From positions 384,001-448,000 of the forward strand of contig CAVYQE010000011.1 of assembly GCA_963770565.1 (NCBI GenBank): 64,000 bases of DNA. The letters run 5' to 3'. The notes below the pieces were generated by a model that made no database searches, was not told the origin of the DNA, and saw only the letters and a list, made by a program, of their open reading frames with translations. Positions 27,873 to 39,333 of the stretch are shown piece after piece. Made by a program: the position numbers and the translations under genes. This DNA comes from an uncultured Actinomycetota bacterium. Its GTDB lineage: Bacteria > Actinomycetota > Actinomycetes > JAFAQI01. How positions within the stretch are numbered: the first letter of the stretch is position 1; each line of letters begins with the position of its first letter.

Positions 27873-28808
27873 ATGAGGGTGTTCGTGGCCGGCGCAACCG
27901 GGGTGCTGGGAGCGCGGGTGCTGCCGCTGCTCGTGCAGGCCGGGCACGAGGTCACCGGGATCAGTCGTACGCCGGCTAAGGCGGACCTGGTGCGGGCGGC
28001 CGGCGCGACGCCGGTAACGCTCGACCTGTTCGACCCGGAGGAGCTCGCCGGGGCAGTCGCCGGGCACGACGCGGTCATCAACATCGCGACCCACATCCCT
28101 GACTTGTCGAAGGCGATGCGAGCGAGCGCCTGGGCCGAGGACTACCGGATCCGCACCGAAGGCGCGCACAACCTGGTCCAGGCCGCGCTGGCAGGCGGCG
28201 CCAGTCGCTATCTCCAGGAGTCGGTGGCCTTCTTCTACGCCGATGCCGGCAGCGAGTGGGTCGACGAGGACTCGCCGGTCGACCTGCCGACGTACGCACA
28301 GGCGAGCCGGGCCGCCGAAGCCGAGGCGCAGCGGTTCACCGAGGCCGGTGGAGTCGGCGTGGTGTTGCGGTTCGGGCTGTTCTACGGCGCCGGTTCGTCG
28401 CACACCGGGAGCCAGCTCGCCATGGCCAGGCGCGGCCTCTCGCCCTTTCTCGGCGGACCGGACGGCTACCAGACCCTGCTCCACCTCGATGACGCCGCCA
28501 CTGCGGTGATCGCGGCCCTACGCGTGCCGAGTGGGGTCTACAACGTGACCGAGGACGACCCGGCGACCCGCCGTGATCTTGCGCACGCGCTCGGCGCCGC
28601 GCTGAACCGTCGGCCCGGTCGAAGCCTGCGCGGGGCGCTGCGGCTCGGCGGCGCCCGGGCGGCGTACCTCGGCCGCTCGTTGCGAGTCAGCAACCGGCGG
28701 TTCCGGACCGCGAGCGGCTGGTCCCCCGCGTACCCGACTCCGGCGCTCGGTTGGGCCCAAGTGGTCGAGGCTCAGGCGGCACTGGGTGGCGGCAACCGTC
28801 CGGAGTAG
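27873..28808 (+). CDS. NAD-dependent epimerase/dehydratase family (atypical SDR)
   Basis: MRVFVAGATGVLG, IRTEG, LRFGLFYG, HLDDAA, VSNRR. Confidence 0.88.
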   Translation: MRVFVAGATGVLGARVLPLLVQAGHEVTGISRTPAKADLVRAAGATPVTLDLFDPEELAGAVAGHDAVINIATHIPDLSKAMRASAWAEDYRIRTEGAHNLVQAALAGGASRYLQESVAFFYADAGSEWVDEDSPVDLPTYAQASRAAEAEAQRFTEAGGVGVVLRFGLFYGAGSSHTGSQLAMARRGLSPFLGGPDGYQTLLHLDDAATAVIAALRVPSGVYNVTEDDPATRRDLAHALGAALNRRPGRSLRGALRLGGARAAYLGRSLRVSNRRFRTASGWSPAYPTPALGWAQVVEAQAALGGGNRPE

Positions 28809-28842
28809 CCAGTCGACGGTGTCTGGGGCCGACACTGTGAGG

Positions 28843-30069
28843 ATGAAGCGCTGGCGCTCCGGTGCCGCTGTGGCGGTCGTTGTGGTGGCCGGGCTCGGTG
28901 CGGGGTGGTCGGGCGCCGGGTCGGTCGCGGCGCTGGGATCGGCGCCCGCTCATCGGTCCCGACCGATCGCCGTCACGGCCTCCGGCTCGGGTCATCAGGC
29001 CCTCCCGCTGCACGTCTCGGGCAATCGGATCGTCAACTCGAACGGCAAGGCGGTCCAGCTGCACGGCTTCAACAACTCCGGCGCGGAGTACGCGTGCATC
29101 GAGGGCTGGGGGATGTTCGACGTCGACACCGCGACCAACACCTCGGTCCCGGTGTCACATGTCGTGGCGATGGCGAAGTGGACCGGCGCGAACGCGGTGC
29201 GGGTCTCGCTGAACGAGCAGTGTTGGCTCGGGCTGGCCGGGGTCAAGCCGCAGTACGCCGGCGCCCACTACGCGCATGCGATCGAGGGGTACGTCCGGGA
29301 GCTCAACGCGCACGGCTTCGCCGTGATCCTCGACCTGCACAACAGCGCACCGGGCAACGAAACCTCGCTGAACCAGGAGGAGATGCCGGACGCGCACAGC
29401 ATCGCCTTCTGGAAGCAGGTCGCGAAGGCGTTCAAGGGGAACCGGTCGGTGCTGTTCGACCTCTTCAACGAACCGTGGCCGGACGAACAGTCGCTCTCGA
29501 CCGCGGCCTGGCTGTGCTGGCGGGACGGCGGCTGCCGGCAGACGTCCCAGAACGGCGGCGCGACCTACACCGCGGTCGGGATGAACCAGCTGATCCACGC
29601 CGTGCGGTCGGTCGGCGCACGCAACATCGTGCTGGTCGGCGGTCTGAACTTCGCCTCATCGCTCGACAACTGGTTGCGCTACAAGCCGACCGATCCCGAC
29701 CACGAGCTCGCGGCGTCCATCCACATCTACTCGTGGGGTGGCTGCATCACGTCGTCCTGTTACAACGGCGTACCGGCCAGGGTGGCTGGCAAGGTGCCGC
29801 TGGTGATCGGTGAGTTCGGCGCGGACCTCACCGCCGGGTACGCGACGATCGCCGCGAGCTGTCCGCCGAAATACGACGGCACGACCGGTTTCGACCAGAC
29901 CTTGCTGACCTGGGCGAACGCCCACCACGTCAGCTGGCTGGCCTGGACCTGGAACCCGTGGGGCGACTGCCTTTCCCTCGTGCAGGATTTCGCCGGAACG
30001 CCGACCAGCCCCTATGGCATCCGGATCCGGAAGGACCTTCGCGCGGCGAGGCAGTCGCAGCGAGCGTGA
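28843..30069 (+). CDS. Secreted glycoside hydrolase family 5 (cellulase family), no CBM seen
   Basis: Signal peptide, LHVSGNRIV, SGAEYAC, ILDLH, LFNEP (acid/base), SIHIY, IGEFG (nucleophile), WLAWTW. Confidence 0.9.
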   Translation: MKRWRSGAAVAVVVVAGLGAGWSGAGSVAALGSAPAHRSRPIAVTASGSGHQALPLHVSGNRIVNSNGKAVQLHGFNNSGAEYACIEGWGMFDVDTATNTSVPVSHVVAMAKWTGANAVRVSLNEQCWLGLAGVKPQYAGAHYAHAIEGYVRELNAHGFAVILDLHNSAPGNETSLNQEEMPDAHSIAFWKQVAKAFKGNRSVLFDLFNEPWPDEQSLSTAAWLCWRDGGCRQTSQNGGATYTAVGMNQLIHAVRSVGARNIVLVGGLNFASSLDNWLRYKPTDPDHELAASIHIYSWGGCITSSCYNGVPARVAGKVPLVIGEFGADLTAGYATIAASCPPKYDGTTGFDQTLLTWANAHHVSWLAWTWNPWGDCLSLVQDFAGTPTSPYGIRIRKDLRAARQSQRA

Positions 30070-30082
30070 GACCATCGATGCT

Positions 30083-30784
30083 GTGGCGATTACGGCGACC
30101 AGCATCGTGCGTGGCCGGGAGGCGCAGCCGGACGCCTACACCGCGCCCGGCCTGACGCTGCGCGGAGCGGCCACCATCTTCGCCGGCACGTTCAGCGCCC
30201 GCCTGCTGGTCCCGGTCGTGCTCGCCACCGCGGTGCTGCGGGTCAGCCTCGGTGGCTGGCGCTGGTGGGACCTCGGCATCGCGGCGATCATCCTCGGCGC
30301 GCAGCCGTTCACCGAGTGGATCATCCACGTGACCGTGCTGCACCTGAAGCCCCGCACCGTCGGCCGCGTCACGATCGATCCACTCAGCTCGCGCCGGCAT
30401 CGCCAGCATCACGCCGACCCGAAGATCCTCGGGCTGGTTCTCGTTCCGCGGCCGATCATGGTCGTCACCTGCCTGACCAACGTGGCTGTCTTCTGGCTGA
30501 TCACGCCGACCTGGCGGCTGGCGCTGAGCGGGATGGTGACGGCGTACGCGATGTATCTCACCTACGAGTGGGTGCACTTCCTGATCCACTCGAGCTATCG
30601 GCCGAAGCACTGGTACTACCGCTACATCTACCGGGCCCACCGGCTGCACCACTACCGCAATGAGAACTACTGGTTCGGTGTCACGGTCCACGTCGCCGAC
30701 CATGTGCTGCGCACCTTCCCCGGTAAGGACGACGTGCCGGTGTCCGCAACCGCGTTCACCCTCGGGGTCGAGCCGACCGGCTGA
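30083..30784 (+). CDS. Fatty acid hydroxylase / sterol desaturase family
   Basis: His boxes EWIIHVTVLH, HRQHH, YEWVHFLIH, HRLHH; start inferred at GTG 30083. Confidence 0.85.
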   Translation: MAITATSIVRGREAQPDAYTAPGLTLRGAATIFAGTFSARLLVPVVLATAVLRVSLGGWRWWDLGIAAIILGAQPFTEWIIHVTVLHLKPRTVGRVTIDPLSSRRHRQHHADPKILGLVLVPRPIMVVTCLTNVAVFWLITPTWRLALSGMVTAYAMYLTYEWVHFLIHSSYRPKHWYYRYIYRAHRLHHYRNENYWFGVTVHVADHVLRTFPGKDDVPVSATAFTLGVEPTG

Positions 30785-30883
30785 CCAACACCCGACTCGG
30801 GCCGGGATCCTGGTTCACTCTCGCGCTACGTCCAGGGAGTCGTTATGCTCCCGCGGACGACACTGCCGGCATTGGGGGAGGCC

Positions 30884-32365
30884 ATGCGCCGACCGAGACT
30901 CATTCGTCGCAGCCTTGCTTTGCTCGCGGTCACGACCGCGGCAGGAGCAGGCATCCAGCTGGCCGCCACGCCGCTGCTCGCACACCCCGCGGCGGCCGTG
31001 CATGTAGCGAAACCGGCGCATGCGACGCCCACGAAGTGGGTAGCCATCTCGTCGGGCAACGTGAAGACCACCGGCAACCAGCCGTCGATTGCCCGGTTCG
31101 GCAAGAACTACGAGGTGGTGTGGACCTCCGGTACCGGGACCACCTGGGCACTCCATGGGCGGATCCTCGACGCGGCCGGCAAGCCGCTCGGCTCGCAGCT
31201 GAACATCCTGCCGACGAACTGGACCGGTGTCGCGCTCGACCCGACGATCCTGTCTTACGGTGGCAAGCGCACGATCGCGTTCGGCGGTGGCAAGACCGGC
31301 AAGTCCGGTGCGTACGACACGAACGCCGAGTACATGACCACCAGCTCGGACGGGAAGACCTGGTCGCTGTACGCCGGCAGCCTCTCGGCGGACGACGGCG
31401 CAGCGAACGGCTCGACCGCCGTCATCGCGGACGGCACCAACCTCGTCGTCGGTCTGGCTCGCACCGACGCCGTCGCCTATCACATCGGCGCGCCGTCACC
31501 CGCGGACCCGCAGTCTGGACCCGACCCGTTGACCAGCGACACCGGCAACTTCTCCTACGACCCAGGTCTGGGCAAGGACGCCAAGACCGGTCAGGTGTGG
31601 GCGCTGTGGTACTCCAACAGCGGGATCAACGGCAAGGACGGCGTCAACGCCCAGGTGATCGCTCCCAGCCTGGGTGCCCGGGTCCACGCACCCGGTTCAT
31701 CCGATCCCGTCAACAAGTCGGCCGGTGTCCAGCAGGATCTGCCCGCGGTGCAGCGGGTCGGCGGGGGCGTGTACACGGCCTACCGGGTGTCCAACACACT
31801 CTCTATCGACGTGTGGAAGGTCGGGTCGAGCAAGGTGCTGGCCACGATCCCGGACAAGCTGTGGGGGGTCTCCTACGTCACGATGGCCGCCGGGCCGGGC
31901 GGCCGCCTGTGGCTGTTCTGGACCGACCGCAACGGCTGGCGCGCGACCCGCAGCAACAAGGCGGGCACGAAGTTCGGGCCCGTCCTCGTCTCGAAGATTC
32001 CGGCCAGCTATTACGGCCACGCAGCGATCGCGGCGAACGGAGCGGCCGGCCCGCTGGAGGCGGTCGCGGTGATCGCGAACGCCAAGAACGTGGACGAGGT
32101 CATTGCCCGCCAGTTCCTGCCGAAGCTCACTGCAACGGCGTCGCCGCACTCGCTCAAGCCTGGCAAGAAGTTCACCGTGAAGGTCACCGACGCCGGTGAT
32201 GCGGTGAAGGGCGCGACGGTCCATTTCGACGGTGAGAAGAAGAAGACCTCGACGCACGGCACCGTGACGTTCACCGTGCCGAAGGGCGCCTCCAAGGGTT
32301 CGCTGAAGATCTCCGTCACCCTCGGTCACTACACCGGCACGACGACGTCGATCAAGGTCACCTGA
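30884..32365 (+). CDS. Secreted protein of unknown function, beta-rich with C-terminal Ig-like segment
   Basis: GGGGAG RBS, signal peptide MRRPRLIRRSLALLA..., strong GC3 coding bias, Asp-box-like TSSDGKTW, C-terminal VKVTDAGDAVKGATV. Confidence 0.75.
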   Translation: MRRPRLIRRSLALLAVTTAAGAGIQLAATPLLAHPAAAVHVAKPAHATPTKWVAISSGNVKTTGNQPSIARFGKNYEVVWTSGTGTTWALHGRILDAAGKPLGSQLNILPTNWTGVALDPTILSYGGKRTIAFGGGKTGKSGAYDTNAEYMTTSSDGKTWSLYAGSLSADDGAANGSTAVIADGTNLVVGLARTDAVAYHIGAPSPADPQSGPDPLTSDTGNFSYDPGLGKDAKTGQVWALWYSNSGINGKDGVNAQVIAPSLGARVHAPGSSDPVNKSAGVQQDLPAVQRVGGGVYTAYRVSNTLSIDVWKVGSSKVLATIPDKLWGVSYVTMAAGPGGRLWLFWTDRNGWRATRSNKAGTKFGPVLVSKIPASYYGHAAIAANGAAGPLEAVAVIANAKNVDEVIARQFLPKLTATASPHSLKPGKKFTVKVTDAGDAVKGATVHFDGEKKKTSTHGTVTFTVPKGASKGSLKISVTLGHYTGTTTSIKVT

Positions 32366-32442
32366 TCGGGGGGACCTCGTCACGGTGTGCTCGGCCTCCG
32401 GGTGGGTAGCGTCGAAGAGGGGAGAGAGACGAAGGAGCTGCC

Positions 32443-33486
32443 GTGAAGGCCTGCACGGTGAAGCCCGGCGAGATCTCGAGCGCACGCGTGGAGGAGATCG
32501 CCGCGCCGCCCGAGTCCGACGGGGAGGTCCTGGTCGAGGGGTTGTACGTCGGCATCTGCGGGACCGACGTGGAGATCTCGGTCGACGGGTACGGCGAGCC
32601 GCCGGCCGGTCATGAGCGCCTTGTCCTGTTCCACGAGTCGCTCGGCCGGGTGCTCGAAGCGCCCGCTGGATCTGGGCTCGCGGCGGGTGACCTGGTCGCG
32701 GGCGTGGTCCGCCGGCCAGACCCCGTGCCGTGCGAGCCGTGCGGGCAGGACCAGTGGGACTTCTGCCGAAACGGCCAGTTCACCGAGCGCGGCATCAAGG
32801 GCCACGACGGCTACGGCTCCCAGCAGTGGCGGGTGCCGGCGAAGTTCGCGGTCAAGCTCGACCCGTCGTTGGACCGGCTGGGTGTGCTGCTGGAGCCGAC
32901 CTCGGTGGTGGCGAAGGCGTGGGACCAGGTCGACAAGATCTCCGCGCGTTCGGCCTGGAATCCGCAACGCGCGCTGGTCACCGGCGCGGGTCCGATCGGC
33001 CTGCTGGCCGCGCTGATCGGCCGCCAGCGCGGGCTCGACGTGACCGTCCTCGACCGGGTCACCGACGGTCCCAAGCCGGGGATGGTTCGCGACCTCGGGG
33101 CGACCTACGTCACCTCGGTCGACGACCTGGCCGCGCCGCCCGACATCATCATCGAGGCGACCGGGATCGGCCAGGTCGTGTTCGACGTGATCGGGCGGGC
33201 CGCGCCGGACGCCATCGTCTGCCTGACCGGGATCTCTTCGGGCACCCGCGAGGTCGGGATCGAGACCGACGCGGTCAACAAGTCGATGGTGCTGAGCAAC
33301 GAGGTGGTCTTCGGGTCGGTCAACGCCGGACTGGCCAACTACGGCCAGGCCGCGGACGCCTTGCACAAGGCCGACAATGACTGGCTTGCTCAGCTGATCA
33401 CCCGGACCGTACCGATGGGGGAGTGGCCGAAAGCACTCGAGCGGCAGCCCAACGACATCAAGGTGGTCGTCGACCTTCGGGCCTGA
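32443..33486 (+). CDS. Zn-dependent MDR-family glucose 1-dehydrogenase-like enzyme
   Basis: GICGTD, LFHESLG, VRRPDPVPC..C......C, ERGIKG, GAGPIG, GSVNA; AAGGAG RBS. Confidence 0.88.
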   Translation: MKACTVKPGEISSARVEEIAAPPESDGEVLVEGLYVGICGTDVEISVDGYGEPPAGHERLVLFHESLGRVLEAPAGSGLAAGDLVAGVVRRPDPVPCEPCGQDQWDFCRNGQFTERGIKGHDGYGSQQWRVPAKFAVKLDPSLDRLGVLLEPTSVVAKAWDQVDKISARSAWNPQRALVTGAGPIGLLAALIGRQRGLDVTVLDRVTDGPKPGMVRDLGATYVTSVDDLAAPPDIIIEATGIGQVVFDVIGRAAPDAIVCLTGISSGTREVGIETDAVNKSMVLSNEVVFGSVNAGLANYGQAADALHKADNDWLAQLITRTVPMGEWPKALERQPNDIKVVVDLRA

Positions 33487-33513
33487 CGCACAGGTCACCT
33501 AGGCTCGAGCAAC

Positions 33514-34086
33514 GTGAGCCTCGACGTGCTCGACTGGCGGCGCCAGGTGGCCGGGCTCTACCGAGCGGTGCGCGACGAGCCCGATCCGCTGATCGCATAC
33601 GCCGGTTGGTGCGCCGGCCGGCAGCGCCTGGTCAGCGAGCACCCGGCGTCACCGAATCGCGGCGCGATCGTGCGACACGCGCCGTACGACCCCACGCTGC
33701 GCTTCGACGTCCCCGTCGATCTCGGGGTCGAGCCGGCCAGGCTGGAGATCCCGACCGGCACCGACGGGATCGTGCCGTTCGAGCGGATCGGGCGGGTCGA
33801 GCTCGACGGCGTCGGCAGCCTCGACGTGTGGTGGCTCGACTCCTATGGCGGCGGGGTCTGGCTCCCCATCCGCGACCGCGCGCCGGACACCTACGGCGGC
33901 GGACGCTACGTCCTCGACACGGTCAAGGGCGCCGACCTCGGCGGCAACGCCGGCCGGTTGGTCGTCGACCTCAACTTCGCCTACAACCCGTCCTGCGCAT
34001 ACGACGAGCACTGGGCCTGCCCGCTCGCGCCGCCGGGCAACGTCGTCGATCGCGAGGTGGTCGCGGGCGAGCTCGTCCCGGCCTAG
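33514..34086 (+). CDS. DUF1684-family protein
   Basis: DWRRQV, TYGGGRYVLDT, DLNFAYNPSCAY..W.CPLAP. Confidence 0.85.
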   Translation: MSLDVLDWRRQVAGLYRAVRDEPDPLIAYAGWCAGRQRLVSEHPASPNRGAIVRHAPYDPTLRFDVPVDLGVEPARLEIPTGTDGIVPFERIGRVELDGVGSLDVWWLDSYGGGVWLPIRDRAPDTYGGGRYVLDTVKGADLGGNAGRLVVDLNFAYNPSCAYDEHWACPLAPPGNVVDREVVAGELVPA

Positions 34087-35333
34087 TGCGAGGGCTTGGA
34101 GTGCGAGGGACTCGCTGACGGCGACTTGCTGGGCTTGGACGTCGGTTTCGAGGACGGCGATGTCGTCGGGTGTGGCGACGGGCTGGCCGGCGGGCCCGGG
34201 GTGGCAACCGGGGGCGGAGTGGTAGCTGGACCGGCCACGTCGACCAGGGTGCCGTAGTCGATCAGCTTGAAGACCTGCGCGGCGGTCGAAATCGGCAGCT
34301 CGAGGCAACCGACCGATTGAGGGAAGCCGTACGACGCGCGTGGGAAGCCGTGTACCGCGGATCCACCGGAGAAGTAGTTGACCCACGGCACGCCCGGGTC
34401 CTTGTACTTGGTGCCGTCGGGGTTGGTGCCGGACATCGTGGTCGAGGTGAAGCGCTCGTACACCGGGTAGGTGCCGAGCGGAGTCGGTGCGGCCGCGACC
34501 CCACCGTTGACCGGGCTGGTGAGAACGGTCTTGCCGGCGACCCAGACCGTGAGCTGCTGCGGCAGGTAAAGATTGGCCGAGACGAAGCTGTAGCGATCAG
34601 GGTCGTACGCCCGGGCCAGGTCGGCCTTGATCAGGGCGTGCCAGGTGTGCGGCCCGATCGTCCCGTCGAGCGGCAGGTTGGCCTGGTGCTGGAAGGCGAT
34701 CACCGCGCCGCGCACCACGATGCCGTACTTCCCCGGCGACCAGCCCTGCTTGAGCGTGCTCGGGGTGTCCGGGTAGCGCCACGAAAACGAGCCGGCCGGT
34801 GGGGTGTAGACGTCGTCGGCTTCCTGCTCGGCGGTCGATGCGGCTGGTGCGGTCGTTGTCAACGGCAGGTAGCGCAGGTGGGCGAGGATCTGCTCGGCCC
34901 GCAGCAGCGAGCCGGTCGGGGTCGCCGGGGTCGCGATCGTCTTGACCGAGCCGCCCGGCTTCTTGGCGTAGGTGATGGTGACGTTGGTGTCGGGCGGGTA
35001 GGCACGGGTGGGGGTGAAGATCGCGGTCGAGCCCTGCCGGGCCCACTGCCCCGGTACGTAGGGCGACAGGGCCGGAAGCGGCGATTGCGGCGAAAGCACG
35101 CCGGCGAACTTGACCGTGATCTGGCCGGTCGCGGACAGCCGCCGATGCGGCTTGACCCACACGACGTCGAGTGGCTTGGTGTTGGCGGCGGCGCTCGACG
35201 ACGGATCAGTCGAGCCGCTGTCGCCGTTGGAGCCGGAATGTCCGCCACATCCGGCAAGGGCGACGACGGCGATCAGCGCCGCGGTGGCCGCCCAGGCCGA
35301 CCTGCCGTGGCGCACGATGTGGTCTCCAGCCAT
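34083..35333 (-). CDS. L,D-transpeptidase lipoprotein with peptidoglycan-binding domain
   Basis: Lipobox ALAG-C, AVIAFQ...DGTIGP.TW PG-binding, TPLGTY, HG-x10-SVGC catalytic motif, Pro/Ser tail. Confidence 0.9.
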   Translation of the reverse strand: MAGDHIVRHGRSAWAATAALIAVVALAGCGGHSGSNGDSGSTDPSSSAAANTKPLDVVWVKPHRRLSATGQITVKFAGVLSPQSPLPALSPYVPGQWARQGSTAIFTPTRAYPPDTNVTITYAKKPGGSVKTIATPATPTGSLLRAEQILAHLRYLPLTTTAPAASTAEQEADDVYTPPAGSFSWRYPDTPSTLKQGWSPGKYGIVVRGAVIAFQHQANLPLDGTIGPHTWHALIKADLARAYDPDRYSFVSANLYLPQQLTVWVAGKTVLTSPVNGGVAAAPTPLGTYPVYERFTSTTMSGTNPDGTKYKDPGVPWVNYFSGGSAVHGFPRASYGFPQSVGCLELPISTAAQVFKLIDYGTLVDVAGPATTPPPVATPGPPASPSPHPTTSPSSKPTSKPSKSPSASPSHSKPSH

Positions 35334-35414
35334 TCATCCCCCGCGAATTCACTCTATGTGAGCCTGCCCACTTGTTCGGACGGCCAACACTCCTCGATGG
35401 TTCAGTCGTTATAG

Positions 35415-35441
35415 AGACGTTGCTTGGGTCGGTTTGGTTGA
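35415..35441 (-). promoter_or_regulatory. ECF (SigE-type) promoter of the L,D-transpeptidase gene
   Basis: Minus strand TCAACC-N16-CGTCT about 80 bp upstream of the start. Confidence 0.65.
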
Positions 35442-35495
35442 CGCCCACCTGATATTCGCGGGCCGGTCGGGATCGGTTGCGATAAGATCGAACTC

Positions 35496-35537
35496 GTGGG
35501 AACCACCATCTGCTTGCTCCTTCCCGGGCCGCGCTGA
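35496..35537 (+). CDS. leuS leader peptide MGTTICLLLPGPR (13 aa)
   Basis: GTG...TTG CTC CTT...TGA; TAAGAT -10 lies 7 bp upstream (leaderless); followed by hairpin and terminator. Confidence 0.8.
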   Translation: MGTTICLLLPGPR

Positions 35538-35559
35538 CCACGCACGACGTCAGCGCGGC

Positions 35560-35588
35560 GGCCCTCCTTCGTCGAGGGCCTTTTCTCT
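35560..35588 (+). terminator. Attenuator terminator upstream of leuS
   Basis: GGCCCTC-7 nt loop-GAGGGCC followed by TTTTCTCT. Confidence 0.8.
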
Positions 35589-35649
35589 GCCTAGGTGTCG
35601 TCTGGCACCGTGTTCCATCCGAGCACCGGCTTGAGAGCGAGAGACTGTG

Positions 35650-38130
<2,481 letters not shown>

Positions 38131-38139
38131 CGGTCTGGA

Positions 38140-38217
38140 TCCACCGGATCTGCTTCGTGCGCTGGTGTCCACAGGCGGGGCGGGCTTGCCCGGATCGGCC
38201 GGTCACCTTCCTAGCGT
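38140..38217 (+). promoter_or_regulatory. Candidate comEA promoter: two TCCACMG boxes and TAGCGT -10, leaderless
   Basis: TCCACCG 38140, TCCACAG 38168, TAGCGT 38212, ATG 38225; same spacings as before comEC. Confidence 0.65.
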
Positions 38218-38224
38218 CACGAGC

Positions 38225-39121
38225 ATGGTGCGCCCTGGCCGTTCGACCGAGCTCGACGAGTCGGCATCGGCGTCGGCGCGCGAGCGGCTGTCCGCGCTCG
38301 GGTTGCGGTCACCGCTTGGGGGATGGGTGCCGGAGCCGCCCCAGGCCGACCCGCCGGTCATCGTGGCCGACGGTGGACCCACACCTGCAGGAAGCGGGCC
38401 GGTCGGAGCGCGACCTGCCCTGCCTCGAGCATCGACACCCGAGATCGGCGAACTGATCCGCGGCTGGGCGCTGGACCGGTCGCCGCCGTGGCTGCACGGC
38501 GTGATCGAACGGCTAGGGCTGCGTGCGGTCTTGGTCGGAGTCATGGTCGCGGTGGCCTGCGTGATTGCCGGTGTGATGGTGGTCCAGCAGCGATCGCCGG
38601 GCACCTACCCAGCGTCCGCCCCGTTGCCGGACGCCGGCGCTTCGGCTCCGAGCTTCGATAGCTCACCGGCGCCGGTGACCGGCGGCGACGCGACCTCGAT
38701 CGTCGTCGACGTTGGCGGCCGGGTGCGCAAGCCCGGCCTCGTCACCCTGCCGGCCGGCGCGCGGGTCGCCGACGCGATCGCAGCTGCGGGCGGGCCGCTG
38801 CACCACCGGGAGATCGCCACGCTTGACCTTGCCGCGCGAGTCAGTGACGGGCAGCTGCTGCTGATCGGTGTGAAGGCGGCCCCGCCCGGCGGGTCGGACG
38901 CGGGCGGTGACGCTTCCGGCACATCGCCGGCGCCGGTCGGGCTGAACTCGGCCACGATGGAGGAGCTCGAGACGCTGCCCGGCGTAGGTCCGGTGACCGC
39001 GCAGAAGATCATCGACTGGCGCACCGCCCACAACGGGTTTACGAGCGTGATCCAGCTCCAGCAAGTGTCGGGGATCGGCCCGGCCCGCTACGCCGAGCTC
39101 GCCCCACTTGTCACCCCGTGA
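38225..39121 (+). CDS. comEA: Competence DNA receptor ComEA
   Basis: TM helix, SLBB VVDVGGRVRKPG...RVADAIAAAGG, HhH LNSAT.EELETLPGVGPVTAQKI; between leuS and comEC. Confidence 0.95.
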   Translation: MVRPGRSTELDESASASARERLSALGLRSPLGGWVPEPPQADPPVIVADGGPTPAGSGPVGARPALPRASTPEIGELIRGWALDRSPPWLHGVIERLGLRAVLVGVMVAVACVIAGVMVVQQRSPGTYPASAPLPDAGASAPSFDSSPAPVTGGDATSIVVDVGGRVRKPGLVTLPAGARVADAIAAAGGPLHHREIATLDLAARVSDGQLLLIGVKAAPPGGSDAGGDASGTSPAPVGLNSATMEELETLPGVGPVTAQKIIDWRTAHNGFTSVIQLQQVSGIGPARYAELAPLVTP

Positions 39122-39149
39122 CCGGTCGGCCGACCCGCCGGAGTGCGTT

Positions 39150-39210
39150 GTTGATCATGGCGAAACGCGCGATTTTTCTCACGGAAACGGCTCGCTTCGC
39201 CATGATCAAC
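39150..39210. repeat. 61-bp GTTGATCATG inverted-repeat element, copy 1
   Basis: GTTGATCATGGCGAA-N31-TTCGCCATGATCAAC. Confidence 0.85.
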
Positions 39211-39248
39211 TGTGGTTGCCCGACTCACCGTGCGGGCCTGCTGCTCGG

Positions 39249-39326
39249 TCCACAGGTCCGAGGCGGGGCCGGTTCGTCCACCGCGTCTTGAGATCCGCGG
39301 CGTCGGGCGCGACCGACTCTTAGCGT
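39249..39326 (+). promoter_or_regulatory. Candidate comEC promoter: two TCCACMG boxes and TAGCGT -10, leaderless
   Basis: TCCACAG 39249, TCCACCG 39277, TAGCGT 39321, ATG 39334. Confidence 0.65.
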
Positions 39327-39333
39327 CGCGGGC

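Noticed and set aside
38195-39326. PafBC/RecA-NDp motif (TGTCGG-N10-TAnnnT) at the com promoters
   Set aside because: Neither promoter has the hexamer at the required spacing.
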